Shown here piece by piece: positions 1 through 8,943 of a stretch of DNA of 64,000 nucleotides (positions are counted from its first letter, which is position 1; every line of letters begins with the position of its first letter). This DNA comes from Minisyncoccota bacterium (GTDB lineage: Bacteria; Patescibacteriota; Minisyncoccia; Phycocordibacterales; WO2-35-19), in assembly GCA_041664625.1 (NCBI GenBank), contig JBAYKK010000004.1, positions 2,343 to 66,342 on the forward strand. The letters are read 5' to 3'. Both the position numbers and the translations under genes were made by a program. Below the pieces are notes generated by a model. It was not told the DNA's origin, searched no databases, and was given only the letters and a program-made list of their open reading frames with translations.

Positions 1-327
1 AACAAATTCATCACTCATGTCGCTCGCTACTTTGGCCGAGTGTTCGATGATATGAGCAAGTTCGGGAGTCAAAAAAATCTGATAAGAAGGAGAAACCGTG
101 TTGCTGGAAGTGACTCCCTCCATGGCTTCAAAAAGTGAATCAGTAAGCAAGATTGTATCTACTTCCATTTTATCCAAAATCGAAGCCACCATACTGTCTT
201 CTTGCAAAATCAAAGCAGCCAAAAGATGCAGAGGGCCAACATGATTTTGGCCACGTTCAATTACCAGCTCGTGAGCTTTCCTGATGACTTCTTTGGCTTT
301 GGTTGTGAAATTGTTAAATGGAGTCAT
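1..327 (-). CDS. clpB: ClpB/ClpC chaperone, N-terminal part (runs off window start)
   Basis: Manual translation from 327: MTPFNNFTTKAKEVIRKAHELVIERGQNHVGPLHLLAALILQED..., a Clp N-domain repeat; not in the ORF track because it is truncated. Confidence 0.85.
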   Translation of the reverse strand, partial: MTPFNNFTTKAKEVIRKAHELVIERGQNHVGPLHLLAALILQEDSMVASILDKMEVDTILLTDSLFEAMEGVTSSNTVSPSYQIFLTPELAHIIEHSAKVASDMSDEFV

Positions 328-383
328 ATTAGCGCTATTATAGCAGAAAAACAGCTTAAATCAAGCCTTTCTGCTTGTATAAA

Positions 384-1199
384 TTATTTAGAAAGTTCAG
401 CTAAAGCTTTGGTGGTAGATGTTTTGACAAAGTTTATAGGTAAAAAGGAATACTCGGTTTCTGCCTCGCCTACTGGTGCTTCTAGACCAATGACTTCACC
501 CGTTAAATTCAAAATTGGACTACCAAAATGACTTTTGGAAACCTTTATGTCAGAAAGAATATTGGTAACGGTTTTTTTGTCGGTAGCAAACGAGAGCTGA
601 AATACTCTACCGATAGAAGCTGCATTGGAATCACGTCCACTTATTGCCACCAAAGTTTGGCCGATTTTTAAACTGTCGGAATCACCAAAAGTAGTTGGGT
701 AAAAAGTATACTTGGCATCACTCTGAGGAACATTGGTTTTTATAAATACCAAACCATTGACGTTATCGACAAAAACCTTACCTGATGGATAAGATTTGCC
801 GTCAAAAAATAAAATAGTAAAAGCAGATGCGGCATTGTAGCTCCTCAAATCAGCAACGATCACACCTTCAGCAGAAACCACCAAACCCAGACCAGAAAAG
901 ATTTCTGAGCCGTCAGAGCCGATAGTTTTCAATCTTACGATAGACTTTTCGTTTTTGGCTATGGATTCAAGGACTCGGTCTTCTTCGCTCACCACAACCG
1001 TAGTAGTGACTTTATCGGGTTTGCCTGGCTCGGTCACTACTCGCTCGATAGTACGTTCCACTACTCGACTGATATTTTGAGTGACTTCAACGGGCGCTTC
1101 GGAAAGTAAAGTGAAAGTAATAATACCGGTAGCAATAGAGGTCACAAAAGTTATAAGTAACACAATAAGTATGAGTTGATGTTTGGTGAGATCTTCCAT
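384..1199 (-). CDS. Membrane-anchored trypsin-like (HtrA-like) protease-fold protein, catalytic residues apparently lost
   Basis: N-terminal TM; GLGLVVSAEG, GDSDSLKIGQ and GSPILNLTGEVIG match the trypsin_2 pattern; start moved to MEDLTK. Confidence 0.75.
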   Translation of the reverse strand: MEDLTKHQLILIVLLITFVTSIATGIITFTLLSEAPVEVTQNISRVVERTIERVVTEPGKPDKVTTTVVVSEEDRVLESIAKNEKSIVRLKTIGSDGSEIFSGLGLVVSAEGVIVADLRSYNAASAFTILFFDGKSYPSGKVFVDNVNGLVFIKTNVPQSDAKYTFYPTTFGDSDSLKIGQTLVAISGRDSNAASIGRVFQLSFATDKKTVTNILSDIKVSKSHFGSPILNLTGEVIGLEAPVGEAETEYSFLPINFVKTSTTKALAELSK

Positions 1200-1328
1200 T
1201 TGTTTTAATAATACCAAAATCAAAAAGTAAAAACAAATAAAATTTATAAGTGGATAATTATTATCTTATATTATTTCTTATTGACAATGTTTTTATTTCT
1301 AGCATAATATTTTAGGGAGTGTGAAGCC

Positions 1329-1721
1329 ATGATTTATCTTTTTGTAATACTCTTCTTCGCTGTTTTTTCCACTTCTGCCCTAGGGCAGGCAGTGAAAATC
1401 GGTGAAAAACAGGTCGTTACAAACTGGAAATGGGTAGAAGTAAGAAACCCTGAACCAGTAAAAAACAGCACAAACACTTTTGACGCAGACGATCTCTGCG
1501 CTATAAAGCACGGCGGAGTGGTAACCATCGCCGGCATAGACAGAAAGCTCCTACTGGCCCATTATTCAATCAGTGGGATCCAGCACGGTCCGTCTTGTCC
1601 GACCGGAGTCCTCTTTTTTACCTCAAAAAAAGGATTTTCAAAGATGGCGATGGAATACCAAGAGGTAAACCGAGAGGAGCAGAAAAAGAAAAACCTGCTC
1701 AAAAGATTCCTGAGATACTGA
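1329..1721 (+). CDS. Hypothetical secreted protein
   Basis: 130-aa ORF with signal peptide, upstream TTGACA/CATAAT promoter, GGGAG SD and downstream hairpin. Confidence 0.7.
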   Translation: MIYLFVILFFAVFSTSALGQAVKIGEKQVVTNWKWVEVRNPEPVKNSTNTFDADDLCAIKHGGVVTIAGIDRKLLLAHYSISGIQHGPSCPTGVLFFTSKKGFSKMAMEYQEVNREEQKKKNLLKRFLRY

Positions 1722-1730
1722 CGAGTATAC

Positions 1731-1770
1731 GCCTCGTGTCACCCCAGATGTGACACGAGGCATCGTTTTT
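1731..1770 (+). terminator. Intrinsic terminator hairpin
   Basis: gcctcgtgtcac-cccagat-gtgacacgaggc followed by a T-rich tract. Confidence 0.7.
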
Positions 1771-1778
1771 AATAAAAT

Positions 1779-3029
1779 TTATTTAATTATTTTTTTAAGG
1801 GTAGAAATGAATTTATCTACATCAGATTTTTTGGTAGCGCGACCAAGAGTGATGCGGAGAGAAGAACTGCCACAATCTTCACGGCCCAAACTTTCAATAA
1901 CATAAGAACCATTTTCGAGCGAGAGCGTATGACAAGCCGAAGCAGCTGATACTGCAAAACCCAAAGTATCGAGTTTGATGACTAGAAATTCAGAATCAAT
2001 TTTAGGCAAACCCGCCTTCGCCAAAGGCTTCGGCGAGGCAAGGCAAATATTAATATTATTAGGCAAACGATTTTTCAAATCACCATTCAAAAAAGAATTT
2101 GGAATTTCTTTTAAGATTTTAGTAACCGCATAATTGCGCAAAGTAGTGAGACGCTTGGTTTCTTTTTCTCTCATATCACTCGCGATCGCCAAAGCTTTGG
2201 TTAAACCAACAGCCCCTGCCACGTTTTCGGTACCTGAACGCAAACCTCTTTCTTGTCCCCCGCCAAAGATTATGGGCGATATTTTGACATCTCGTTTAAC
2301 AACCAAAACCCCTACCCCTCTTGGGCCATACATTTTGATACCGTCCAAAACCAAAATATCTGCCCCCAATCTTTCTAAAGAAACATTTTCAAAACAAACA
2401 CTCTGACAAGCATCTACAAGTAAAAAAGGAAATGAATTATGAATTATGGGATATGAATTATGGAGCTCAGGAGAAGAACTTTTTTTGCTTAATTCATGAT
2501 TCTTAATTCTTAATTCTCGAAAATTTCTTACAATTTTAGAAATTTTAGATACGGGTTGGATAGTGCCGATTTCGTTGTTGGCATGTTGTACCACAATTAA
2601 AACCGTATTTGCTTTTAATTCTTTTTTTATAGACTCTGGATTTATGAGACCTTTTTCGTTTGGCGAAATAAAAGAAATTTCCACTTTTTGTTCTTTAATT
2701 AAATTTTTGATGGGTTCCAAAACTGCCGGGTGTTCTATGCTAGAAACGATAATATGCGGTATTCCGTTTTCAAAATTTTTGACCACACCCGCAATAGCCA
2801 AATTTAAAGATTCAGTACCGCCACTGGTGAAAAACACCTCGTTACTACGGCAATGCAAAAATCGAGCGATATTTATTCTCGCCTCTTCCAAAATGTTTTT
2901 GGCCATTTCTCCCTCGTTGTGTAAAGAAGAAGGATTGGCCCAAAACTTCTTTTGCACTCTACTCATCTCCGCCTCGACTTTGGGGTCAAGAGGAGTAATA
3001 GAAGCATAATCCAAAAATATCCTAGGCAT
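1779..3029 (-). CDS. iscS: Cysteine desulfurase (IscS/NifS class V aminotransferase)
   Basis: FLDYASITP, NPSSLH, FTSGGTES, HANNEIGTIQP, GGGQERGLRSGTEN, SAASAC motifs. Confidence 0.93.
   Translation of the reverse strand: MPRIFLDYASITPLDPKVEAEMSRVQKKFWANPSSLHNEGEMAKNILEEARINIARFLHCRSNEVFFTSGGTESLNLAIAGVVKNFENGIPHIIVSSIEHPAVLEPIKNLIKEQKVEISFISPNEKGLINPESIKKELKANTVLIVVQHANNEIGTIQPVSKISKIVRNFRELRIKNHELSKKSSSPELHNSYPIIHNSFPFLLVDACQSVCFENVSLERLGADILVLDGIKMYGPRGVGVLVVKRDVKISPIIFGGGQERGLRSGTENVAGAVGLTKALAIASDMREKETKRLTTLRNYAVTKILKEIPNSFLNGDLKNRLPNNINICLASPKPLAKAGLPKIDSEFLVIKLDTLGFAVSAASACHTLSLENGSYVIESLGREDCGSSSLRITLGRATKKSDVDKFISTLKKIIK
2011..2043. repeat. Short palindromic element (gccttcgc-aaagcttcggcg family) in-frame in iscS
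   Basis: Related copies at 5604-5627, 31330-31360 and 31671-31698. Confidence 0.8.
2434..2517. repeat. Heptamer-arm palindromic insertion in iscS
   Basis: (gaattat)n arm facing a (taattct)n arm; encodes ELRIKNHELSKKSSSPELHNSYPIIHNS. Confidence 0.65.
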
Positions 3030-3067
3030 ATTTTGTATAATATCATACTTTAGTGTATAATATTATT

Positions 3068-3538
3068 ATGTTAATCAACTGGGACTTAGCGGTTTTTTTT
3101 ATTCCTTTTATATCATTAGGGGTGGCTTTGATTTCTCTGATTTTAGCCCTGATAATACATGTGAGGATTAAAAGGATTTTTAGGAGTGCGACCTCATCTG
3201 ACATCGAAAAGCTTCTAAAATTACACTCCAAAACTCTTGAAGATTTCATAAGATTCAAAGCCGAATCAGAAATCTACACCAAAGCTTTGAACGAAAGAAT
3301 AAAGAAAAAAATAATTAACGCTTCAACCATAAGATTCAACCCATTTCAAGGCGAAGGTATCGGTGGCAACCAAAGCTTTTCAGTGAGCCTGGCAGATGAA
3401 GAAGGCAACGGTGTAGTCATCACCAGTATGCACACCAGAGAGCGGACCAACGTCTTTGCCAAGCCTATTCAAAACTGGAAAAGCGAATACGAACTGAGCG
3501 AAGAAGAAAAACAAGCCATAAAAAACCAACAAAAATAA
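3068..3538 (+). CDS. DUF4446-like protein
   Basis: N-terminal TM; IRFNPF..GGNQSFSVSL.DEEGNGVVITS..R....FAKPI and ELSEEEKQAI. Confidence 0.8.
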   Translation: MLINWDLAVFFIPFISLGVALISLILALIIHVRIKRIFRSATSSDIEKLLKLHSKTLEDFIRFKAESEIYTKALNERIKKKIINASTIRFNPFQGEGIGGNQSFSVSLADEEGNGVVITSMHTRERTNVFAKPIQNWKSEYELSEEEKQAIKNQQK

Positions 3539-5047
3539 ATGACTCAAAACAAAAATACAGAGAAATCAAATTTGGAAGCTCGACCACCAGTAGTGGTTAT
3601 CATGGGTCATATCGACCACGGCAAATCCACTTTACTTGATTACATAAGGAAAACCAACACTACCGAAAAAGAAGCTGGTGGTATCACTCAACATATTTCT
3701 GCCTACGAAGCCGAATGCAAAATCGGTGATCAAACTAGGAAAATAACTTTTTTGGACACCCCTGGGCACGAAGCTTTTTGCTCAATCAGAGCTCGAGGTG
3801 CTGACATCGCCGACATAGCAGTGCTCATAGTTTCTGCCGAAGATGGTGTCAAACCTCAGACTCTTGAAGCATTGAACTGTATCAATAAAGACGCTATGCC
3901 GTTTATAATCGCCCTAAACAAAATAGACCGCCCAGGTGCCGATATTGATAAAGTCAAAACCGCACTGGCCGAAGCTGGAGTTTTGGTAGAAGGTTGGGGT
4001 GGCAAGATACCAGTAGTCGCTATCTCTGGCAAAACCGGCGAAGGTGTGCCCGATCTTTTGGAAATAATCGCTCTGCAATCTGATATCGAAGAATTAAATG
4101 GTGACACTTCTCTCTTGGCAGAAGGTTTCGTCATCGAAAGTGATCTCAACCCCAAACAAGGTATTTCTGCCACTCTCATAATCAAAAACGGATCTTTAAA
4201 AACTGGGCTTTTTGTTTCGACTGCTGGCGCTTACGCTCCAGTCAGAGCTATCAGCAATTATAAAAACGAGAGCATCACTGAGGCAACTTTTTCGAGCCCT
4301 ATCAAAATAGTAGGCTGGAACGCTCAACCCATGGCCGGTTTCGAATTCAAAACTTTTGCAAAAAAAGAAGAGGCTATAGAATTCGCTGCAAAAAACTTAG
4401 ATTTGAAAGAAAAAGTTACCTCGAGAAACATACCCGAGGGTTCTGCTTTTTTGGAAGTGATCGTCAAAGCGGATACTTTTGGATCATTAAACGCTGTAGA
4501 AAATGAATTACAAAAATTGGGTAATGAAAAAATGTCAGTCAAAATAATTTCCAAAGGTATCGGCGCAATAACCGAAAAAGATCTCAAGACCGCGACTATC
4601 AAAAACACTTTGGTTTTAGGTTTCAATATAGAAGCAGACAAGAGTGCCGAGATACTAGCTCTCCGCAACAACACCGAAATAAAAACTTACAAAATAATTT
4701 ATGAACTTATTGACTACGTCAAAGAAAAGATCAAACAAAATACTCCAGTAGAAACCGTCAAAACCGTCACCGGCCTAGTCAAAATAATCAGGATTTTTGG
4801 CAAAAACAAAGACAAGCAAGTGATCGGTGGCAAAATAGAAGATGGCGAAATTAAACTAGGAAGCCCAGTGGAAATAATAAGAAGAGAGGCCCTGATCGGT
4901 ACCGGCAAAATCAAAGAACTGCAAGTGCAAAAAATAAAAACCGATATCGTCAAAGCTGGTAGTGAATTTGGCATGATGTTAGATTCAAAGATAGAAATCG
5001 CTCCTGGTGACATGCTCCAAGCCACTTCTTTAATCAAACAAGAATAA
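3539..5047 (+). CDS. infB: Translation initiation factor IF-2 (short CPR form)
   Basis: [43 protein letters not shown]. Confidence 0.97.
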   Translation: MTQNKNTEKSNLEARPPVVVIMGHIDHGKSTLLDYIRKTNTTEKEAGGITQHISAYEAECKIGDQTRKITFLDTPGHEAFCSIRARGADIADIAVLIVSAEDGVKPQTLEALNCINKDAMPFIIALNKIDRPGADIDKVKTALAEAGVLVEGWGGKIPVVAISGKTGEGVPDLLEIIALQSDIEELNGDTSLLAEGFVIESDLNPKQGISATLIIKNGSLKTGLFVSTAGAYAPVRAISNYKNESITEATFSSPIKIVGWNAQPMAGFEFKTFAKKEEAIEFAAKNLDLKEKVTSRNIPEGSAFLEVIVKADTFGSLNAVENELQKLGNEKMSVKIISKGIGAITEKDLKTATIKNTLVLGFNIEADKSAEILALRNNTEIKTYKIIYELIDYVKEKIKQNTPVETVKTVTGLVKIIRIFGKNKDKQVIGGKIEDGEIKLGSPVEIIRREALIGTGKIKELQVQKIKTDIVKAGSEFGMMLDSKIEIAPGDMLQATSLIKQE

Positions 5048-5088
5048 AATAACTCACCCCAAACCCCTCTCTTACATTAAGAGAGGGG
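5046..5088. repeat. Palindromic element (ctcacccc-aacccctctcttacattaagagagggg), intergenic copy
   Basis: Near-identical reverse-complement copy inside uvrB at about 47158-47199. Confidence 0.85.
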
Positions 5089-5101
5089 AAAAATAAAAAA
5101 T

Positions 5102-5452
5102 ATGAAAACTCCGATCAGATTTAAAGACGAAAAAAGAAGTTCCTTACTCAACAAATTTGCAGCCGAATACTTCAGTCTAGAATCAAACAAGGATTCTTTG
5201 ATGACTGTCACCAAAATAGAACTTTTGGACAAAGGCCGGAGAGCTATCGTTTATTTCACTACCCTACCAAGAGAAAAAGAAAACGAGGCTTTAGAATTTG
5301 CCAAACGTCGAGCCAGAGATTTCAGACAATTCGTGATGTCTAAAAAGTCTTTTGGTTTTGTACCAAAAATAGATTTTTGTATTGATCTTGGTGAGCTCAA
5401 CCGACAAAGAATAGACGAACTTTCTAACCAATCCAACTCATCACTTAATTGA
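5102..5452 (+). CDS. rbfA: Ribosome-binding factor A
   Basis: Follows infB; LMTVTKIEL...AIVYFT...FVPKIDF..D.GE...QRIDEL pattern. Confidence 0.85.
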   Translation: MKTPIRFKDEKRSSLLNKFAAEYFSLESNKDSLMTVTKIELLDKGRRAIVYFTTLPREKENEALEFAKRRARDFRQFVMSKKSFGFVPKIDFCIDLGELNRQRIDELSNQSNSSLN

Positions 5453-5487
5453 AAATTTGATTAAAAATTGTTAGTCTTAAAACGTTC

Positions 5488-5559
5488 GGCCTGGTAGCCA
5501 AGTAGTAAGGCATTCCTCTGCAAAAGGAATATACGCGGGTGCAATTCCCACCCAGGCCT
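5488..5559 (+). tRNA. tRNA-Cys(GCA)
   Basis: Acceptor ggcctgg/ccaggcc; anticodon arm ttcct-ctGCAaa-aggaa; variant T-loop gtgcaa. Confidence 0.9.
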
Positions 5560-5560
5560 C

Positions 5561-5627
5561 CGCGAAATTTTAAGGAGCAAAGTGACTATAAAATTTCAGC
5601 GCCCCGCCGAAGCTTTAGCGAAGGCGG
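5561..5627. repeat. Two palindromic elements in the tRNA spacer
   Basis: cgcgaaatttta...taaaatttcagcg and ccgccgaagctttagcgaaggcgg. Confidence 0.65.
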
Positions 5628-5633
5628 ACAAAA

Positions 5634-5716
5634 GCTCGGGTGGTGGAATGGTATACACGAAGGACTTAAAATCCTTTGGCCGCAAGGCCTTGCGAGTTCG
5701 AGTCTCGCCCCGAGCA
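5634..5716 (+). tRNA. tRNA-Leu(TAA)
   Basis: gctcggg/cccgagc; aagga-ctTAAaa-tcctt; long variable arm ggccgcaaggcc; gttcga. Confidence 0.95.
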
Positions 5717-5719
5717 CCG

Positions 5720-6478
5720 ATGAAATGGCTTAATAAAAAAATATTATTTCTTTTGGGTTATGTGATTTTGGCAGGGATAGTAGTTTTAATATTTAAACCC
5801 ACTTACCTTTTATCTATCATTTTAGTTTTAGTACCGCCTAGTATCGCAAACTTCTATTGGCTCAAAAAATCAAAACTCAAAGTTTTTGTTTTTGCTTTTA
5901 TAACTGGCGTAGTCATCGCTCCAGCCATCGAACTCTGTGCCAGACTCGCCAACGTCTGGGATGTGCAGTCTGTGATCTTAAGACCTTTTGGACTCATACC
6001 GATAGAAAACATGCTTTTTGCTTTCTTAAATTTCTTGTGGGTTTTGAGTTTTTATGAATATTTTGTAGATCGCGATTACAACAAAAAAATATCATGCAAA
6101 TTTAAAATACTAGTGACTATCTACGTCGTGGCCGCTATCGCTATTTATGCTTTATTTTTTATAAATAAAGCATTGGTAACTTTAAACTACATCACCATTT
6201 CTATACCACTTTTGGTTTTACCGGCTATTTTGATTTTTAGCAAAAAACCAGCTCTACTCAAAAAAGTCATTTTGCCAACCATATTTTTTGCTTTGATTTT
6301 TTTCTATTACGAAATAATCTCCCTCATCATCGGCAGTTGGTGGTGGCCAGGTGAATATATTTTCAACACCACCATTTTTGGCAAAGTTTTCCCACTTGAT
6401 GATGTCATCATCTGGTACCTCCTATCTACCCCAGTCCTTATCGGCGGTTATGAATTTTTCACTGACGATTGGCATTAA
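5720..6478 (+). CDS. Multi-pass membrane protein, lycopene-cyclase-domain-like (two repeats)
   Basis: Two W....-FG..P[IL][ED][ND]..[FW] repeats; start moved to ATG 5720, downstream of the tRNA. Confidence 0.65.
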   Translation: MKWLNKKILFLLGYVILAGIVVLIFKPTYLLSIILVLVPPSIANFYWLKKSKLKVFVFAFITGVVIAPAIELCARLANVWDVQSVILRPFGLIPIENMLFAFLNFLWVLSFYEYFVDRDYNKKISCKFKILVTIYVVAAIAIYALFFINKALVTLNYITISIPLLVLPAILIFSKKPALLKKVILPTIFFALIFFYYEIISLIIGSWWWPGEYIFNTTIFGKVFPLDDVIIWYLLSTPVLIGGYEFFTDDWH

Positions 6479-6566
6479 AATTATTTAAATTAACAATTGA
6501 ATTTGATAGTTATTAACCATATTACAGTTTGGTTCTATTTCTATATAGGATATAATTGGTAGTACA

Positions 6567-7286
6567 ATGATAATTAACTCAATCCTAAAACAAAAATCAA
6601 GGGCTCTCAGGAAAAAAGGTTTTAGTTATGGAGAAATAGCGTCCAAAATAAAAATTTCAAAAAGCACAGTAAAATATTGGTGTACTGATATAATTCTTAA
6701 TCAAAAAGACCAAAAAAGACTTTACACTAAACAAATAAAGGCACTTTCAGGTGGGCCAAGAAGTAGCCACAATCGAAGACAAAAAGAAATAGAAAAAATT
6801 ACTAAAAATTCCGAAAAGGAAATATCCTTACCCATCAATTTAGATACATACAAACTTTTTGGTGCTGCCCTTTACTGGGCAGAAGGAAATAAGATCAGTG
6901 ATTTTACAATTACTAATTCCGATCCATTATTAATACAATTTATGTGTCAATGGTTTTGTAAAATATTTAATGTCACACCTAATGATCTAAAAGCTCATCT
7001 TAATATATATCCACAACAAAACGATTTAGAAATAAAAAAATTTTGGTCAAATATAACAGGAATACCATTAAATAGATTTGGGAAAACTTTTATCAAACCA
7101 GTGAGTAAAAATTACAAAAAAAATAATCTTTATTATGGAACAATTAAAGTCAGGGTTAGCAAAGGTACAGATTTTAGACATCGTGTATTTAGTTGGATTA
7201 ATGCAATATTAAAAAATAATAAAATTAATGTTGGAATTACTGAAAGAAAATGGTATAAATTAAAGGGTGACTATATGCGCCCATAG
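6567..7286 (+). CDS. HTH + LAGLIDADG-like domain protein
   Basis: N-terminal HTH (GFSYGEIASKIKISKSTVKYW); GAALYWAEG.K...FTITNSDP LAGLIDADG-like motif; very AT-rich. Confidence 0.7.
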   Translation: MIINSILKQKSRALRKKGFSYGEIASKIKISKSTVKYWCTDIILNQKDQKRLYTKQIKALSGGPRSSHNRRQKEIEKITKNSEKEISLPINLDTYKLFGAALYWAEGNKISDFTITNSDPLLIQFMCQWFCKIFNVTPNDLKAHLNIYPQQNDLEIKKFWSNITGIPLNRFGKTFIKPVSKNYKKNNLYYGTIKVRVSKGTDFRHRVFSWINAILKNNKINVGITERKWYKLKGDYMRP

Positions 7287-7349
7287 CTCAGTCGGTAGAG
7301 CAGTCGCCTCTTAAGCGAACGGTCCTTGGTTCGAATCCAAGTGGGCGCA
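7277..7349 (+). tRNA. tRNA-Lys(CTT)
   Basis: gcgccca/tgggcgc; tagctcagtcggtagagc; loop ctCTTaa; gttcgaatc. Confidence 0.95.
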
Positions 7350-7452
7350 CAAACCGACAACAGGAAGGTTTGTGCGAGTCGGAGCACGACGGTGCGAGCC
7401 GGGGTCGCGGAATTTTTTAGCAAAAAATTATCTGTGACCACTCGTAAAGTAT

Positions 7453-7533
7453 GCCGGGGTGGTGAAATGGTATACACGCCAGTTTTAGGAACTGGTGCCG
7501 CAAGGCATGGAGGTTCAAGTCCTCTCCCCGGCA
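7453..7533 (+). tRNA. tRNA-Leu(TAG), integration site of island 1
   Basis: gccgggg/ccccggc; ccagt-ttTAGga-actgg; long variable arm. Confidence 0.95.
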
Positions 7534-7536
7534 CAA
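7520..7536 (+). repeat. attL-like 17-bp direct repeat (tcctctccccggcacaa)
   Basis: Exact copy at 31248-31264. Confidence 0.9.
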
Positions 7537-7663
7537 CGCAGTGAGACCGACCGAGACCGCCCAACAGAGCGACATTTCGGTCGAGTCAAGTTTGAGACGG
7601 GTTCAGGAATGGAACCTTGTTTTTTATGATTGACTTTTCATTTAACTGGCTCATAATGCATTC

Positions 7664-8260
7664 ATGAATGAATATGGTTTTCAAACTCAGCCCAAGGAAA
7701 AACACAATGTTTTTGTGAGTTTTCATAATAAAGATCAATATTATAGAGATCAATTTGATACTCTGTTCGGGCATCTATTCAATAGCAGATCTGTTGACGT
7801 AGGAGATATAGACCCCGAGAATGAAGACGAGTATATAAAAAAACTAATCCAAGAGAAGCACATAGAACCCTCAAGTGTCGTCTTTGCTTTGTATGGCAAA
7901 GAAACTCACCAACGCAAGCATGTTGATTGGGAAGTTTCTGCGGCTCTAAATAAAAAAGTGGGAGGCCATAAAGGTCTCGTAATTATGTTGATTCCAGGTT
8001 TCCCCATTGCTCCGTATAATGCGTTTAACCAATATGACGAAAGTGTAATATTCCCATATCTACACCCTCGCACTGCTGCAAATCTTAAAAGTGGTTATGC
8101 TGATCTTTACTATTGGCCAGGCCTCTTTACAAATTTTCCCGGAGTTCAAACATTCCCAATGGAAGATATTATCAAGAAAGCTTTCCTCAAGAGAGATAGC
8201 CACGAGCATTTGATTGATAATGGCGATATCCAATATAAAAGAAATCTATCATGGAACTAG
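7664..8260 (+). CDS. TIR-domain protein (ThsB/DUF1863-like)
   Basis: KHNVFVSFHNKD...VVFALYGKETHQRKHVDWEVSAAL with the catalytic Glu retained. Confidence 0.85.
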   Translation: MNEYGFQTQPKEKHNVFVSFHNKDQYYRDQFDTLFGHLFNSRSVDVGDIDPENEDEYIKKLIQEKHIEPSSVVFALYGKETHQRKHVDWEVSAALNKKVGGHKGLVIMLIPGFPIAPYNAFNQYDESVIFPYLHPRTAANLKSGYADLYYWPGLFTNFPGVQTFPMEDIIKKAFLKRDSHEHLIDNGDIQYKRNLSWN

Positions 8261-8943
8261 CGAGTACAACTCTAATTAATTTATTTTCCGTATCTCTAAA
8301 TAAGTATCATTTACTATTTGATGTGAACCCTTGGTTAGTAGTAGGGGTGGTTTTATTAGCGCTACTTTTTATATTTGTTCGATGGCGTTTCGGGAAAATG
8401 CGTGGCCCTAATTTTGAAATTGATGCAGCTGAGATGGGAATCGGCCCTGGTAAAATTTCCTTCAAGCCAAATCTCAAAGATCAGGAAATCGCCTACAAAA
8501 TCTGGGTTGAGTTGAGTACAAGAAAGATTGGCCTTGATATTGATCTAAAACATGATGTCATTGCTGAAGTCTACGATTCATGGCACAGCTTCTTCTTGAT
8601 AACTCGAGAATTGATAAAAGATATTCCAGTAAATAAGGTGAAGAATAAAAGCACAAGAGAGATTATTGCTCTGTCTATTAATGTGCTTAACAAGGGTCTC
8701 CGCCCTCACCTCACAACTTGGCAGGCACGCTTCAGGCATTGGTATGAAAGACAGATTGAAAAGAAAGAGGATAGTGATATCGATCCGCAATTTATTCAAG
8801 CAAAGTATCCGCAATTTGAAGAGTTAAAAACTGATTTATTAGAGGTAAACAAGAGGCTTATTGCTTATAGAAAAAAGATGCATGAACTTGTCCTTGGTAA
8901 ATCAAAAGATGGAGAGGAGTTGTCAGAAAAAATTGTCTCCTAA
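8251..8943 (+). CDS. Single-TM hypothetical protein coupled to the TIR gene (candidate effector)
   Basis: Overlaps the TIR stop; N-terminal TM plus helical domain WVELSTRK...YDSW...LRPHLTTWQARF. Confidence 0.75.
   Translation: MELASTTLINLFSVSLNKYHLLFDVNPWLVVGVVLLALLFIFVRWRFGKMRGPNFEIDAAEMGIGPGKISFKPNLKDQEIAYKIWVELSTRKIGLDIDLKHDVIAEVYDSWHSFFLITRELIKDIPVNKVKNKSTREIIALSINVLNKGLRPHLTTWQARFRHWYERQIEKKEDSDIDPQFIQAKYPQFEELKTDLLEVNKRLIAYRKKMHELVLGKSKDGEELSEKIVS

Noticed and set aside
5582-5719. N-terminal extension of ORF 5582..6478
   Set aside because: It reads through a palindrome and tRNA-Leu; the likely start is ATG 5720
7271-7564. ORFs 7271..7564 and 7326..7544
   Set aside because: They are translations of tRNA-Lys, tRNA-Leu and the palindromic spacer
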